Assembly: GCA_016219925.1 (NCBI GenBank) | Contig: JACRJU010000012.1 | Coordinates: 6,723-70,722, forward strand | DNA: 64,000 bases | Origin: Candidatus Uhrbacteria bacterium | GTDB lineage: Bacteria > Patescibacteriota > Patescibacteriia > UBA9934 > GWF2-40-263 | Direction of reading: 5' to 3' | Shown: one piece after another, positions 1 through 9,083 of the stretch | Layout of the letters: each line of letters begins with the position of its first letter | How positions within the stretch are numbered: the first letter of the stretch is position 1 | The notes under the pieces: model-generated | What the model was told of the DNA's origin: nothing | What the model saw: only the letters and a program-made list of their open reading frames with translations | Databases searched by the model: none | Program-made: the position numbers and the translations under genes

Positions 1-1121
1 GCGCCGAGGCCAAGCTTTCGGGCGCGGCAACAGCCGAGCCCTTGATCGCCGAAAGTCTGCGAGCGCCCCAAGATATCCGTTATCACGCCGAAGGGCCATT
101 CGTGCGCGATCACTTGCGTCTTATTCTCATGAGCCTGTATGCGATCGCGGAAGGGAAGCTGCGTCTTCTGGATATTGAAGAATTGGCTCGGCTCAAAGAG
201 TATGCGGGGGAGATTGAGACGTTAGAGGAACTCCTGCGCGAGCACGTGTCGTGGTTTGAGGCGTTTGCCCTTGTGCATGATAGCGCCAAATGGAACACGC
301 TGGTGTTCAAGTCGCCGGAAGGTTCGCGCGGTGCTGAACTTGGATTTAACGCTCCATTGAGCTATGAGCCTGATGTGGATTTACAGACGCGAGCAGAACT
401 GCGTGAACGCTATTTGGAGCTTTACCGAGGGTTTGAAGCACAGCATCCCAACGAGTCGGCTCGGGAGGTTCAGTCGCTGTTTTATCTTACCTACGAGATT
501 GACGTGAAGTATCCTCATCACGATCGTATTCTGCACACGCCCGTTTATTCTCAATTGCTCGAACGTTTTGCGCGCGCGCATGAGCTCACGGATATCCATA
601 CCGCTATGCTGGAAGATGTGGTGACGCAACATCTGGCGTTTAAGCGATTCAATGAGATGCGCACAAGCGACATGAGCCCCTTCTTCCATTTGGCCCGGGT
701 GCGCGGGTATGATCTTGATGCGTTCATGGCGTTTTTGAAGGGGGCTCTATTTCTGGATTTTGTGTGCGGTTCTAAACGACTATCCGACCACGGCTATTGG
801 CATGAGGTCGAGATGTTAGCAAACGCTCTGCGCGCCGAGCACGAGGTGGATCCTGCACGTCGCGCACAGCGGGAGCATCTGCGAGAACAGAGCGAACAGC
901 GTCGACGTCTGCGCGTGTTTCAACAAGTCGGGCTTGATGGGTTATCGCTGATGGAACTGCTTGGCATGGAGCCGGGGCCAGAGTTTGGCCGTACGCTTCG
1001 CGAGGTGCAGGGGGCAATCGTGGGCGAGCGGCCGATGCCGGTGTTTGGCAAAAAAGTGAATGAGGAGATTTCGCGCCGAGCGGGGGAGTATTATCAAAAG
1101 GTGTTTGAGAAAGGAGAGTAG
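1..1121 (+). CDS. 3' part (5'-truncated at window edge) of a tRNA nucleotidyltransferase/poly(A) polymerase-family protein with an HD-like domain (motifs LVHDSAKW and YPHHDRILH). Its C-terminal tail, LGMEPGPEFGRTLREVQGAIVGE, matches the tail of the cca gene at 35447..36769.
   Basis: ORF in frame from the window start; HD-type His/Asp motifs; tail motif shared with the complete class-II CCA enzyme in this window (LSGNDVLNAGVSAGPKVRETLGEL). Confidence 0.45.
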   Translation, partial: AEAKLSGAATAEPLIAESLRAPQDIRYHAEGPFVRDHLRLILMSLYAIAEGKLRLLDIEELARLKEYAGEIETLEELLREHVSWFEAFALVHDSAKWNTLVFKSPEGSRGAELGFNAPLSYEPDVDLQTRAELRERYLELYRGFEAQHPNESAREVQSLFYLTYEIDVKYPHHDRILHTPVYSQLLERFARAHELTDIHTAMLEDVVTQHLAFKRFNEMRTSDMSPFFHLARVRGYDLDAFMAFLKGALFLDFVCGSKRLSDHGYWHEVEMLANALRAEHEVDPARRAQREHLREQSEQRRRLRVFQQVGLDGLSLMELLGMEPGPEFGRTLREVQGAIVGERPMPVFGKKVNEEISRRAGEYYQKVFEKGE

Positions 1122-1129
1122 TCATACGT

Positions 1130-1675
1130 ATGATTGTATCCCTTAAAGGAGTCGTCACGTATCACGGGGTCGGGTTCGTGATTATCGAAAACGCCGGAGT
1201 CGGCTATCGCGTAATCGTGCCGGAAGATCAAGCGCATGCGCTTGCCGGTGAGGTGTTTTTGTATACGCATGAAGTGGTGCGCGAGGATTCGCGCGAGCTG
1301 TTTGGGTTTTTGTCCGTGGAAGCGCTTGAGCTGTTTTGGAAGCTGACGAGCGTTTCTGGGGTCGGTCCCAAGAGCGCGCAGAAGATCGTGTTTGCCGCAC
1401 CAGTTGATCGCGTTAAAGAGCGTGTCATGGCTTCGGACATTTCTTTTTTGACAAACGTTCCCGGCATTGGAAAAAAGACTGCGCAAAAAATCATTTTGGA
1501 ACTCAAAGGCGCGCTTGCCCAGGAGCCGGAGGTTCCGGCTTGTGATCCTGATGCGGTTGATGCGCTTGTGGGGCTCGGCTACACCAAACGTCAAGCCGAA
1601 CAGGTTCTCATTGGACTTCCCGAACAAACAACGGAAGAAAGGATCCGGTCAGCGCTTAAAGTTTTGGGGAGGTGA
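1130..1675 (+). CDS. ruvA: Holliday junction DNA helicase subunit RuvA
   Basis: 181 aa; N-terminal OB domain (MIVSLKGVV...GVGYRV), two HhH motifs (VSGVGPKSAQKIV / VPGIGKKTAQKIILELKG) and the C-terminal RuvB-interaction domain; GGAG-like RBS upstream. Confidence 0.9.
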   Translation: MIVSLKGVVTYHGVGFVIIENAGVGYRVIVPEDQAHALAGEVFLYTHEVVREDSRELFGFLSVEALELFWKLTSVSGVGPKSAQKIVFAAPVDRVKERVMASDISFLTNVPGIGKKTAQKIILELKGALAQEPEVPACDPDAVDALVGLGYTKRQAEQVLIGLPEQTTEERIRSALKVLGR

Positions 1676-2634
1676 ATCGTATGTGGCAACGGTTGGATCA
1701 TGAGTTTACGCCGCAGACATGGGATGCTTTTGTGGCACAGCACAGCCCGCTTTCGGGTCGGTTTTTGCAATCGTGGGAGTGGGGAGAAATTCAGGGGGCG
1801 CACAGATGGGTGCGGACAGAAGGCCAGAAGGGAATTGCCAGCGTGATAATGAAAACGTTCCCTGTTTTTGGTTCTTATGCCTATTGTCCGCGCGGACCGA
1901 TTGTGACGGGATCATACGATGAGGCTTTTAGGGGTCTCTCCGATGCGCTTGGACTAGTGATTTTTTTGCGCGCAGATCTTCCTGTTGCGCCAGAAGAGAA
2001 AATCCATTTGCACAAAACGATTGATCTTCAGCCTGCACACACTTGGGTGACGGATCTCACTTCATCCGAAGAGCTTTTTTTCGCAATGCATTCCAAAACG
2101 CGTTACAACATTCGCACTGCAGAGCGCCATGGGGTTTCGGTTTCGTTTGATGCCCACGCGTTTGATGCGGTCTGGCCGCTTTTTGAACAGACGTCCGGTC
2201 GCGGCAAGTTTCGACTGCATACAAAAACGCACTATGCGCTATTGCTTCAGACTCTGAAGAGTGAAACGTGCAGGGCGCATCTCGCAGTTGCTTCTTTGGA
2301 AGGCAAGCCGGTCGCGGCCAACATCTTGGTTGATTTTGCAGACGTGAGGACTTATCTGCATGGCGCTTCTTCTTATGCGCATCGTTCGCTCATGGCCCCA
2401 CATCTTTTGCACTGGGAATCTCTGAAGGATGCCTGTGCGCGCGGGTTGCAAGTGTATGATTGGTGGGGGGTTGCGCCAGCAAACGGGTCTCATCACCCTT
2501 GGGCGGGCATCAGTCGATTCAAACGTTCATTCCCAGGGCGCGAGCTTTGTTATCCAGGCACTTATGACTTGGTGAAAAAGCCGCTTTGGTATACGTTGTA
2601 CGGGCTTGCTCGTCGTTTGCGTCGCGTGGCATAA
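1672..2634 (+). CDS. FemAB-family peptidoglycan interpeptide-bridge aminoacyltransferase (FemX/MurM-like)
   Basis: 320 aa; start overlaps the ruvA stop by 4 nt; KTRYNIRTAERHGVSVSF-type FemAB motif; size and two-lobe organisation fit the FemABX family. Confidence 0.55.
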   Translation: MNRMWQRLDHEFTPQTWDAFVAQHSPLSGRFLQSWEWGEIQGAHRWVRTEGQKGIASVIMKTFPVFGSYAYCPRGPIVTGSYDEAFRGLSDALGLVIFLRADLPVAPEEKIHLHKTIDLQPAHTWVTDLTSSEELFFAMHSKTRYNIRTAERHGVSVSFDAHAFDAVWPLFEQTSGRGKFRLHTKTHYALLLQTLKSETCRAHLAVASLEGKPVAANILVDFADVRTYLHGASSYAHRSLMAPHLLHWESLKDACARGLQVYDWWGVAPANGSHHPWAGISRFKRSFPGRELCYPGTYDLVKKPLWYTLYGLARRLRRVA

Positions 2635-2709
2635 GCCCCTGTAGTTTAATGGATAGAGCGTGAGCTTCCGGAGCTCGAGATTGTGGTTCGATTCCACGTG
2701 GGGGCACCA
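2635..2709 (+). tRNA. tRNA-Arg (anticodon CCG), CCA encoded
   Basis: Cloverleaf GCCCCTG acceptor / TAGTTTAATGGATAGAGC D-arm / anticodon stem TGAGC-GCTCG with loop TTCCGGA / GGTTCGATTCC T-arm / 3' CACCA. Confidence 0.8.
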
Positions 2710-2840
2710 TTCCTAAAAAATATTTAATCTCTTATCATTTTTAGCGTATGTCCGAACAAACAGGAATGACACCTGACGCGGCTCGTATGGCTTCTGAAGA
2801 GGCCGCAAAGAATTAAGAGCGTGAGCGTGCGGTCGGTGAA

Positions 2841-3458
2841 TTGATAAAAAGTATTGAGGAAGCGAGAAGAGCTGGTCATATCAGCAACGAGTCGGCCAAT
2901 CTGGCTTCGGTAGCGCTTGGGCTCAAGGGGGATGAAGCGCTGTTTGCCAATCGGATTGTTTCGCGCGGTTCGGATCCGGCTTCCCTTGAGCTTGCGCGTT
3001 TTGGAAGTATCAGTGAGCCGGTCATGCGCGCGCATCAGCTCGGTCCTGGGTCGCTCAAAGAAGACGAGCGCGAGCATTGGCTCGTGCTTTCATCTGTGTC
3101 TATGGATGAAAATGCGGCGGCGGATTTGCCGCCTACCGCGAAGTTTAAACAATTTCACGATGCCCTGAAGTGGCTTGAAACCGCGACAGACACAGAAAAA
3201 AGGGCCGCGGCAGATAAAGAAAAGGGTGCCATTTTGGCCTTGCCGTTTGAGCAAAACGAGGTGGGCGGGGTTTCCATGCGTGTTTACGAATCTGATCGCG
3301 GTTTTGCAAGTGCGTATTGGTCCGGGCAGGAGGTTGCGGCTGTCAGAGAGGGGGATCTCACCTTTGTCGGATCACAAAGTCGTCCGTTAGCGGAGTTAGG
3401 CATTACGGTTGATAAGCAATTGTCGCCAACGTTTGGGATCATTTTTCCTAAAGGTTAA
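2841..3458 (+). CDS. hypothetical protein (TTG start per ORF track), preceded in frame by a 22-codon mini-ORF ending in TAA
   Basis: 205-aa ORF; 3' end overlaps the convergent gene 3455..5275 by 4 nt. Confidence 0.4.
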   Translation: MIKSIEEARRAGHISNESANLASVALGLKGDEALFANRIVSRGSDPASLELARFGSISEPVMRAHQLGPGSLKEDEREHWLVLSSVSMDENAAADLPPTAKFKQFHDALKWLETATDTEKRAAADKEKGAILALPFEQNEVGGVSMRVYESDRGFASAYWSGQEVAAVREGDLTFVGSQSRPLAELGITVDKQLSPTFGIIFPKG

Positions 3459-5275
3459 GGCTTTACCGCCCCCTTACCTTGGGCGAATTCATCTTGCGCA
3501 AGCTCCGTGGTTACCAGAGGCACTGTTGCATTAAGCTCCGCTTTTGTCGAAAGATCCAAGGCATGGAAAAGCGTTTGATTTGCAAGCTTCACGAACTTTC
3601 CAACGTCTCCTTTTTTGGGCGTGATGGAAACATTAAACCATGCTTGCGCCGCACGAATGTCGCGTGGAAGCTTTGAGACTTCCCAGCGCACCTGCCGAGT
3701 TGTCGGGTTGTAGGATAATACCCCAATATCTTTTCCAGAAGATTCTTTCCACGTGACATCTTGGGGCAAGGTCGTTGTGACATCGATATTTCCCAGATCG
3801 TGGAGCGCGTTGGATAGATCAAACAGCATACGATAACTTGTGGTTGATCCGACTTTTGGCGGCAAGTCGCCGCCGCCGACAGGCGTTCCATCGTCGGCGA
3901 AGTAGCGGGCTTGCACTGACAACGAAGCGTCTGAATTCATGGACAAGTGGACAGGCGTTGCATCAATCGTATGGGTGCCTGAAAGCGTTCCGATTTTTCC
4001 AACCGCCATGGAGAGCGCGGCATCCATCGCGTCGGCACCTCCCACAATCAGGGGCAGAGTGAAATCAATCACTCCTTCCACGCCCGGATCAAGCCTCGCT
4101 AATTCTTTGTGTTTGGTTTTGTCCCAATGCAGGGTTCCGTCAGAACGCGAAGCGTCGGAGAGATCCGCATGGGCCCAGTCCACAGGAAGTTTTCCTTGCG
4201 ACGACAGTTTAAGAGTGAATTGAACATCTTCCACAGGGTCGGTGCCCGGGTTTTTGAAATCAATGGATCCGCGCAGAGTTTTTCCTGCAGACACATTTTG
4301 ATCTTTATCCGATCCATCCAAAATTAAATGGAAGCTCACCGCACCCCCAAGGACGTCGGTTTGGACGTTTGCACTGGCCTGTTCGTTAAACGTTTCTTCG
4401 TCCATAAAACTGACTTTGGTCTGCATGGGCAGTTCCCCGTTTGCGGTTGACGTGAACGCTCCTTTAATCACAATGTCAGTGATTTTTCCGGGTTCAAGCG
4501 AGACGATGTCCCAAGAAGGGTCATCGGGCTTGATAGGAGGGACAGAAGAATCAATCACGAAGTCCGCAGGGAATACGGGCACGACACGCAAATTGAAAAC
4601 CGGATCTTTTCCTGTTTGTTCTAGATTAAGGGTGTATTCAACCGGATCTCCCGCGAGGGCTTTTTCTGGGCCTGTCATGGTGAGATGAACGCTAGACTCT
4701 TTGAGATCAACACTTTGGCTTTCGATCGTTTGGAATTCCGAGTTGAAGTTTGCCGGCTTGTAGCTGAATAAGGCTTGGATGCGTTGGGTGCTTGGAACAG
4801 GCGAAAGGAAGATGCCTTTGACGTTGATGGCGCCGTCCGAACGTGCGGTTAGGGCTCCGAGCGACCATTGAAGTTCAGCGGCAGGTTCTGGGATCGCACT
4901 CGTAAGATGGAAACTGTTTGGCAGGTTTAACTTGAGGTTCAGTGAAGCGATTGGGACGTCGCCGGTGTTTTCATACCGGATTGTAAACACCGTTTCCTCA
5001 CCGGCGCGCACAGGCTCACTAAGTTCAATGGAAGCCTTAAGTGATTCTCCGTTTTCAAAAAGGCCTCGGGTGAACAAGAAAAATCCTCCCCAAGCCAGAA
5101 GCGAGAGCACAAACAAGATTCCGATGGTTTTGATCAAAAACGCGGTCAGAGGTGACCGTTTGCGCTGGGAAAGTCTGGTGAAGTCCGGGAGTTTGCCATC
5201 ACGGCCGGAATAAATCGCTCGGAGTTCTTGTTTGATTTGTCGAGAAGATCGGCGTTTTTTTCGGCGGGGGATCAT
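3455..5275 (-). CDS. membrane-anchored extracellular repeat protein with DUF11/CARDB-like beta-sandwich repeats
   Basis: 606 aa; Lys/Arg-rich cytoplasmic N-terminus, one TM (IGILFVLSLLAWGGFFLF), then at least 4 repeats of a 'TGxxPxxNLxLxxxLPxxF' pattern (TIRYENTGDVPIASLNLKLNLPNSF; EYTLNLEQTGKDPVFNLRVVPVFPADF; ...). The start codon overlaps the stop of the upstream gene (ATGA). Confidence 0.6.
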   Translation of the reverse strand: MIPRRKKRRSSRQIKQELRAIYSGRDGKLPDFTRLSQRKRSPLTAFLIKTIGILFVLSLLAWGGFFLFTRGLFENGESLKASIELSEPVRAGEETVFTIRYENTGDVPIASLNLKLNLPNSFHLTSAIPEPAAELQWSLGALTARSDGAINVKGIFLSPVPSTQRIQALFSYKPANFNSEFQTIESQSVDLKESSVHLTMTGPEKALAGDPVEYTLNLEQTGKDPVFNLRVVPVFPADFVIDSSVPPIKPDDPSWDIVSLEPGKITDIVIKGAFTSTANGELPMQTKVSFMDEETFNEQASANVQTDVLGGAVSFHLILDGSDKDQNVSAGKTLRGSIDFKNPGTDPVEDVQFTLKLSSQGKLPVDWAHADLSDASRSDGTLHWDKTKHKELARLDPGVEGVIDFTLPLIVGGADAMDAALSMAVGKIGTLSGTHTIDATPVHLSMNSDASLSVQARYFADDGTPVGGGDLPPKVGSTTSYRMLFDLSNALHDLGNIDVTTTLPQDVTWKESSGKDIGVLSYNPTTRQVRWEVSKLPRDIRAAQAWFNVSITPKKGDVGKFVKLANQTLFHALDLSTKAELNATVPLVTTELAQDEFAQGKGAVKP

Positions 5276-7947
5276 AGAGGAGGTTCGATCAGCATGGCGA
5301 AAAATTCATCGGTGGTGTTTTGGAGCGTGGCCCGGGTGTCTCCGGTTGAGCTCCAGATATTTTTGAGTGTTTCTGGGAGCGATACGGAAACCGTTGTCGT
5401 TCGATCAAGAATGCCAGATTGTTTTTGGACGAGCAATGAGTACGGTTTGGCCTGCCCGACACGCATGAGTGAACGCAGTCGTTCTCGGAGGCGTCCATCC
5501 GCATCAAAGATTTTGAAAGGAAGACGATAGATGAAGGTTGCTGTCGTCGTCGCTCCCGGAGGTGTTTGAATCCAGTTGCCAAAAACGGTTTTGCCTTGTT
5601 CTTCATAAATATCCGTTCCGGTTTTTTCATCTCGGCTTTTGGTCGCTTGCGCAAATTGCAGATCCGCATCCATCATCCAGTCAGACTCGGGTGTTTCAAA
5701 TAAAGAACCGTCGGGAATACTAAACCCGCTTGAAGAGATCAGCTCGCTTCCTTTGGGAACATAGACGCGCAGATAATCCACATTGTTGACGCCGGTGAAC
5801 ACGAGGCCGGGGATGCCATGATGCGTTCGTTTGAGGGTGACCGTATCGATGACCGTGCCATCCGTCGCGATCTGAACCTGGACGTCCACATGTTCTTCGA
5901 TCACCGCATCTGTTTTACCGCCTCCCAAATTAGTATCGACCACCATCACATAATCACCTGAAGTCGAAGCTATGGCTCCGCTCCAACCGCGCTCCAGCGC
6001 CGCGCGTTGTAACGTATCGTTACTGAAATAAATTTGAATATCTTTTTGCTGAAGCCCTTTGGAAAATTGGTCGATCGCCCCCAAAAATATTTCCGGGTCA
6101 CCTTGTTCGGTGCGTTCAATGAGTTTTGTCGCGAGATCCCCGATGAATTGTTTGGGTTTATTTTCGGTTCGATCGTATTCGAGCTCGACGATTTTTTGCG
6201 CTTCGAACAAAAAGTTTTCCTGATCGATCGTACGGCCGTAGTCGCTCATCTCCACGGGGCCGAGCAGTCCAATGAGATCAGCCACGGCGGTGGCGTTGAT
6301 TGCAATAACCCCGTCTACGCTTGGACCGCCAGCATCGGTATAGAATTCAATCATCTGGCGCGCGCTGGTAGGGAAGTCTGGAAACCAGTTGGCATCTTGA
6401 AATTCCCAGTTGGCTTTCAGCAGTTGCAAAGGTTCAGGAGCCGCGCGCAAGTGGCGCAATTGCCCTTGCAGATCATAGGTTCCTCCGCCGGGGACATTCA
6501 GCTCTTCGATTTGACCGTTCGAAACTTTTATTTCCGCGTAGCTTCCCATGAATCCACCGGTTGCACGCATCTCTGCGTTATTTTGGAAGATAAGCAAATA
6601 TCGCTTCGTTTGATCTCCTCCCAAAATGGTAATAGCCAGATCACTCAATTCATCAAAATTCGCAAGGGTTTTTGAAAGAGGAATGAGGCGATTTTTGAGC
6701 TCCATGAAGGTCTCTTGTTGATCCGTTGGAATCACAGAAGGATCAACCGTATCGATCGCTTCGACGGCTTGTGTGAGATGTGGCGTGATGGTGCGCAGAT
6801 AAGATTGCAAAATGCGAATGCGCGAGACAGGGGTGGGGGACGGCTCATGCGCAAGGGCATCCATCGCTTCGGCAACGCGGCCACCGGCGATGCTTAAATG
6901 TTCTCCGGCCTTAAGGAGGGCTTTGCCTGTGGAAAGGTTTTTTTGTGCGGCAGGAATAACCGAGAGCAGAAGGGAGGTGGTGGCGCCTAAGTCTTGGATG
7001 CCTTGCTGGGCTTTGGCGAACCGATCACTTGCAAGCGAAAAGGCTTGTCCGGCGTCCGTCGCTTGCTGACCAGCCGTTTTGCTTGCGCCTGTTTTAAGAT
7101 ATGCGAATGCTTCTTCAGAGGCGCTTTGCACATCTGTTTTTGCTTGGCGCAGAGTAGAGACCAGGTTCATGGCGTGCAGAGGTAGGACGAAAATAAACGA
7201 GATGAGCACGAACGCACCGATGGGTCGAAGCAAAGTCGCGTTTTGGAAAAACGCAAATACGGACGGTCGCGTTGGAGCTGGAGTGAAGGTTTCTTGCGTG
7301 AGTTCAACCAGCTCGCTTTCTTCTTCCTCTTCTTCGCTGTGATCCTCTTGGGGCAAATCAAAGTACGCAAAAATATCCTCTGGCGTTTGTTTGGGAAAGA
7401 ATGATTCGATGGAAATACGTGTAAGATCCGGGAACGAATGGAACGAAGCAAAGGAAATGGCCTGGGTGTGGCGCGGCGTTGAATGCAAAATGAAACGTTC
7501 GGCTTTGCCCCTGCGAGTCTCTTCGATAAGTTGAGGAAGAACGTCGCTATGGTTAAGGACGAGGGCGTTTTTTTCGACTGGCCGAAGCGGATTTTCACGT
7601 AAGAGCGAGCCGTCTAGGAGATTGAGTCGAATGCGCGTGCGATCTTCTAAGATTTCCTCCGGCGACGGAAGTTCTTGTTTGAGGTTGAGGACAAAAGGAG
7701 AAAGCGGTTGGGCGTTTAGACGCACACGCACCGGTCCGGAATGATCAGACGATCCATAAGTGCGCAACATTTCTGGCACGGCGATATCGTGTTCGCCCAT
7801 GTCTCGTGCCGCTTGTCGGCGTTTGAGCGTACGAGATAAGGCGGCATCCTCCAGTTTTTTTGTCACCGATGCCAACACCACCGACTTTTTTTTTGTCGGT
7901 TTTTTCTTTTGGATTTTTGAAGGGGTGAGTTTTTTACGTGCGGTCAC
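5272..7947 (-). CDS. large membrane-anchored DUF4012-like protein with an N-terminal Lys-rich/poly-Glu extension
   Basis: 891 aa; N-terminal KKKPTKKK and EEEEEESE stretches, one TM (IGAFVLISFIFVLPL), then a conserved region (KRYLLIFQNNAEMRATGGFMGSYAEIKV...) that I recognise from memory as DUF4012; overlaps the next GT4 gene by 14 nt. Confidence 0.55.
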   Translation of the reverse strand: MTARKKLTPSKIQKKKPTKKKSVVLASVTKKLEDAALSRTLKRRQAARDMGEHDIAVPEMLRTYGSSDHSGPVRVRLNAQPLSPFVLNLKQELPSPEEILEDRTRIRLNLLDGSLLRENPLRPVEKNALVLNHSDVLPQLIEETRRGKAERFILHSTPRHTQAISFASFHSFPDLTRISIESFFPKQTPEDIFAYFDLPQEDHSEEEEEESELVELTQETFTPAPTRPSVFAFFQNATLLRPIGAFVLISFIFVLPLHAMNLVSTLRQAKTDVQSASEEAFAYLKTGASKTAGQQATDAGQAFSLASDRFAKAQQGIQDLGATTSLLLSVIPAAQKNLSTGKALLKAGEHLSIAGGRVAEAMDALAHEPSPTPVSRIRILQSYLRTITPHLTQAVEAIDTVDPSVIPTDQQETFMELKNRLIPLSKTLANFDELSDLAITILGGDQTKRYLLIFQNNAEMRATGGFMGSYAEIKVSNGQIEELNVPGGGTYDLQGQLRHLRAAPEPLQLLKANWEFQDANWFPDFPTSARQMIEFYTDAGGPSVDGVIAINATAVADLIGLLGPVEMSDYGRTIDQENFLFEAQKIVELEYDRTENKPKQFIGDLATKLIERTEQGDPEIFLGAIDQFSKGLQQKDIQIYFSNDTLQRAALERGWSGAIASTSGDYVMVVDTNLGGGKTDAVIEEHVDVQVQIATDGTVIDTVTLKRTHHGIPGLVFTGVNNVDYLRVYVPKGSELISSSGFSIPDGSLFETPESDWMMDADLQFAQATKSRDEKTGTDIYEEQGKTVFGNWIQTPPGATTTATFIYRLPFKIFDADGRLRERLRSLMRVGQAKPYSLLVQKQSGILDRTTTVSVSLPETLKNIWSSTGDTRATLQNTTDEFFAMLIEPPL

Positions 7948-9010
7948 AAGAGGTGTAGACCTGAACGGTTTGGCGGGCCATGGCCGTCCAGGAATATCGT
8001 TTGATGCGTTCGAAGCCTTTTTGGACGAGGGTTTGTTGTTTTTGAGGATCGTTGAGGAGTTGTTCTATCGTCAGAGCCAGTGCAGAGGGATCGTGTACGG
8101 GGAAGAAGAGAGCGCTGTCGCCCAGAATTTCTTTCAAAGCGGGGATGGCCGAGGCAATCACCGGAACACCCGCGGCCATGGCTTCAAGCGCCGGCAAGCC
8201 GAATCCTTCGATGCGCGAGGGGAAGAGGTAAGCTTTGGCGTGATGATACAAACCGCTTAAATCTTCGTCGTTTGGGCTGAAGATAAAGTGGATGTGTGAT
8301 TGGGCCAAAGATTGTTGGGCGCGTTTTTGGAGGGATCGAGAGAACACATCATCCCTTCCAGCAAAGACGAGATGGATCTCGGGCTGACGAACATGGAGCT
8401 GATCGAATGCGCGCAGAAGGACGTCAAGGTTTTTGTGCGGATAGGCATTGCCAACACACAGAAGAAAAGGGTCTGGAACAAGCGGAGCGGATGAGGCGAC
8501 GGGTGGTAAAGGAGAGACCCCTTCGTAGATCACCACGATTTTTTTTTCAGAAACGTTTGGGAAGTGTGTGAGGATACTTCGCTTGGTCGCTTCGGAAACC
8601 GTAATGATTTTTTTTGATGCGGAGACGCTGTGAGCGAGCACGCGCTTAAACCCGGCGTATTTGAGCGCGTAGACGATGGGGTGTCGGGTTGTTGCCCGCG
8701 CGCTTTTGGGTTCCTCAAGCAAGATCAGATCGTGGATGGTGACGACAAATGGCGTTTTGAGAAGGATCGGAACGTTCCAGTGTGGGAAGTGGATCAGATC
8801 GAGGTGCTCTCGGTCGATGATTGCGGGCAAGAGGATCTGTTCTTTGAGCGTGTACCAAGGGATATCAGCCGCTTTTTCCTTTCCAAATAAAACATAGCGG
8901 TTCACACTGTCGACATTGGGCAATTCACAAATCAACTGCTCCACATACCGACCCAGACCGCCACCCCCCACCGTTGGACCACTCATGCGAGCATCAATGC
9001 CGATGTTCAT
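7934..9010 (-). CDS. glycosyltransferase family 4 (GT-B, retaining)
   Basis: 358 aa; C-terminal EGFGLPALEAMAAGVPVIAS motif typical of GT4. Confidence 0.8.
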   Translation of the reverse strand: MNIGIDARMSGPTVGGGGLGRYVEQLICELPNVDSVNRYVLFGKEKAADIPWYTLKEQILLPAIIDREHLDLIHFPHWNVPILLKTPFVVTIHDLILLEEPKSARATTRHPIVYALKYAGFKRVLAHSVSASKKIITVSEATKRSILTHFPNVSEKKIVVIYEGVSPLPPVASSAPLVPDPFLLCVGNAYPHKNLDVLLRAFDQLHVRQPEIHLVFAGRDDVFSRSLQKRAQQSLAQSHIHFIFSPNDEDLSGLYHHAKAYLFPSRIEGFGLPALEAMAAGVPVIASAIPALKEILGDSALFFPVHDPSALALTIEQLLNDPQKQQTLVQKGFERIKRYSWTAMARQTVQVYTSCDRT

Positions 9011-9083
9011 GGAGAAGAGAAGTAAGAAGCTTCCTTATTATACCAAAAAATCCCGAGTTTGTGCCCAGGATGTACACAGGGTT

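Noticed and set aside
6034-6675. 213-aa plus-strand ORF inside the DUF4012-like gene
   Set aside because: Antisense shadow ORF; the minus-strand frame carries the conserved long protein with a TM and coupled start/stop overlaps.
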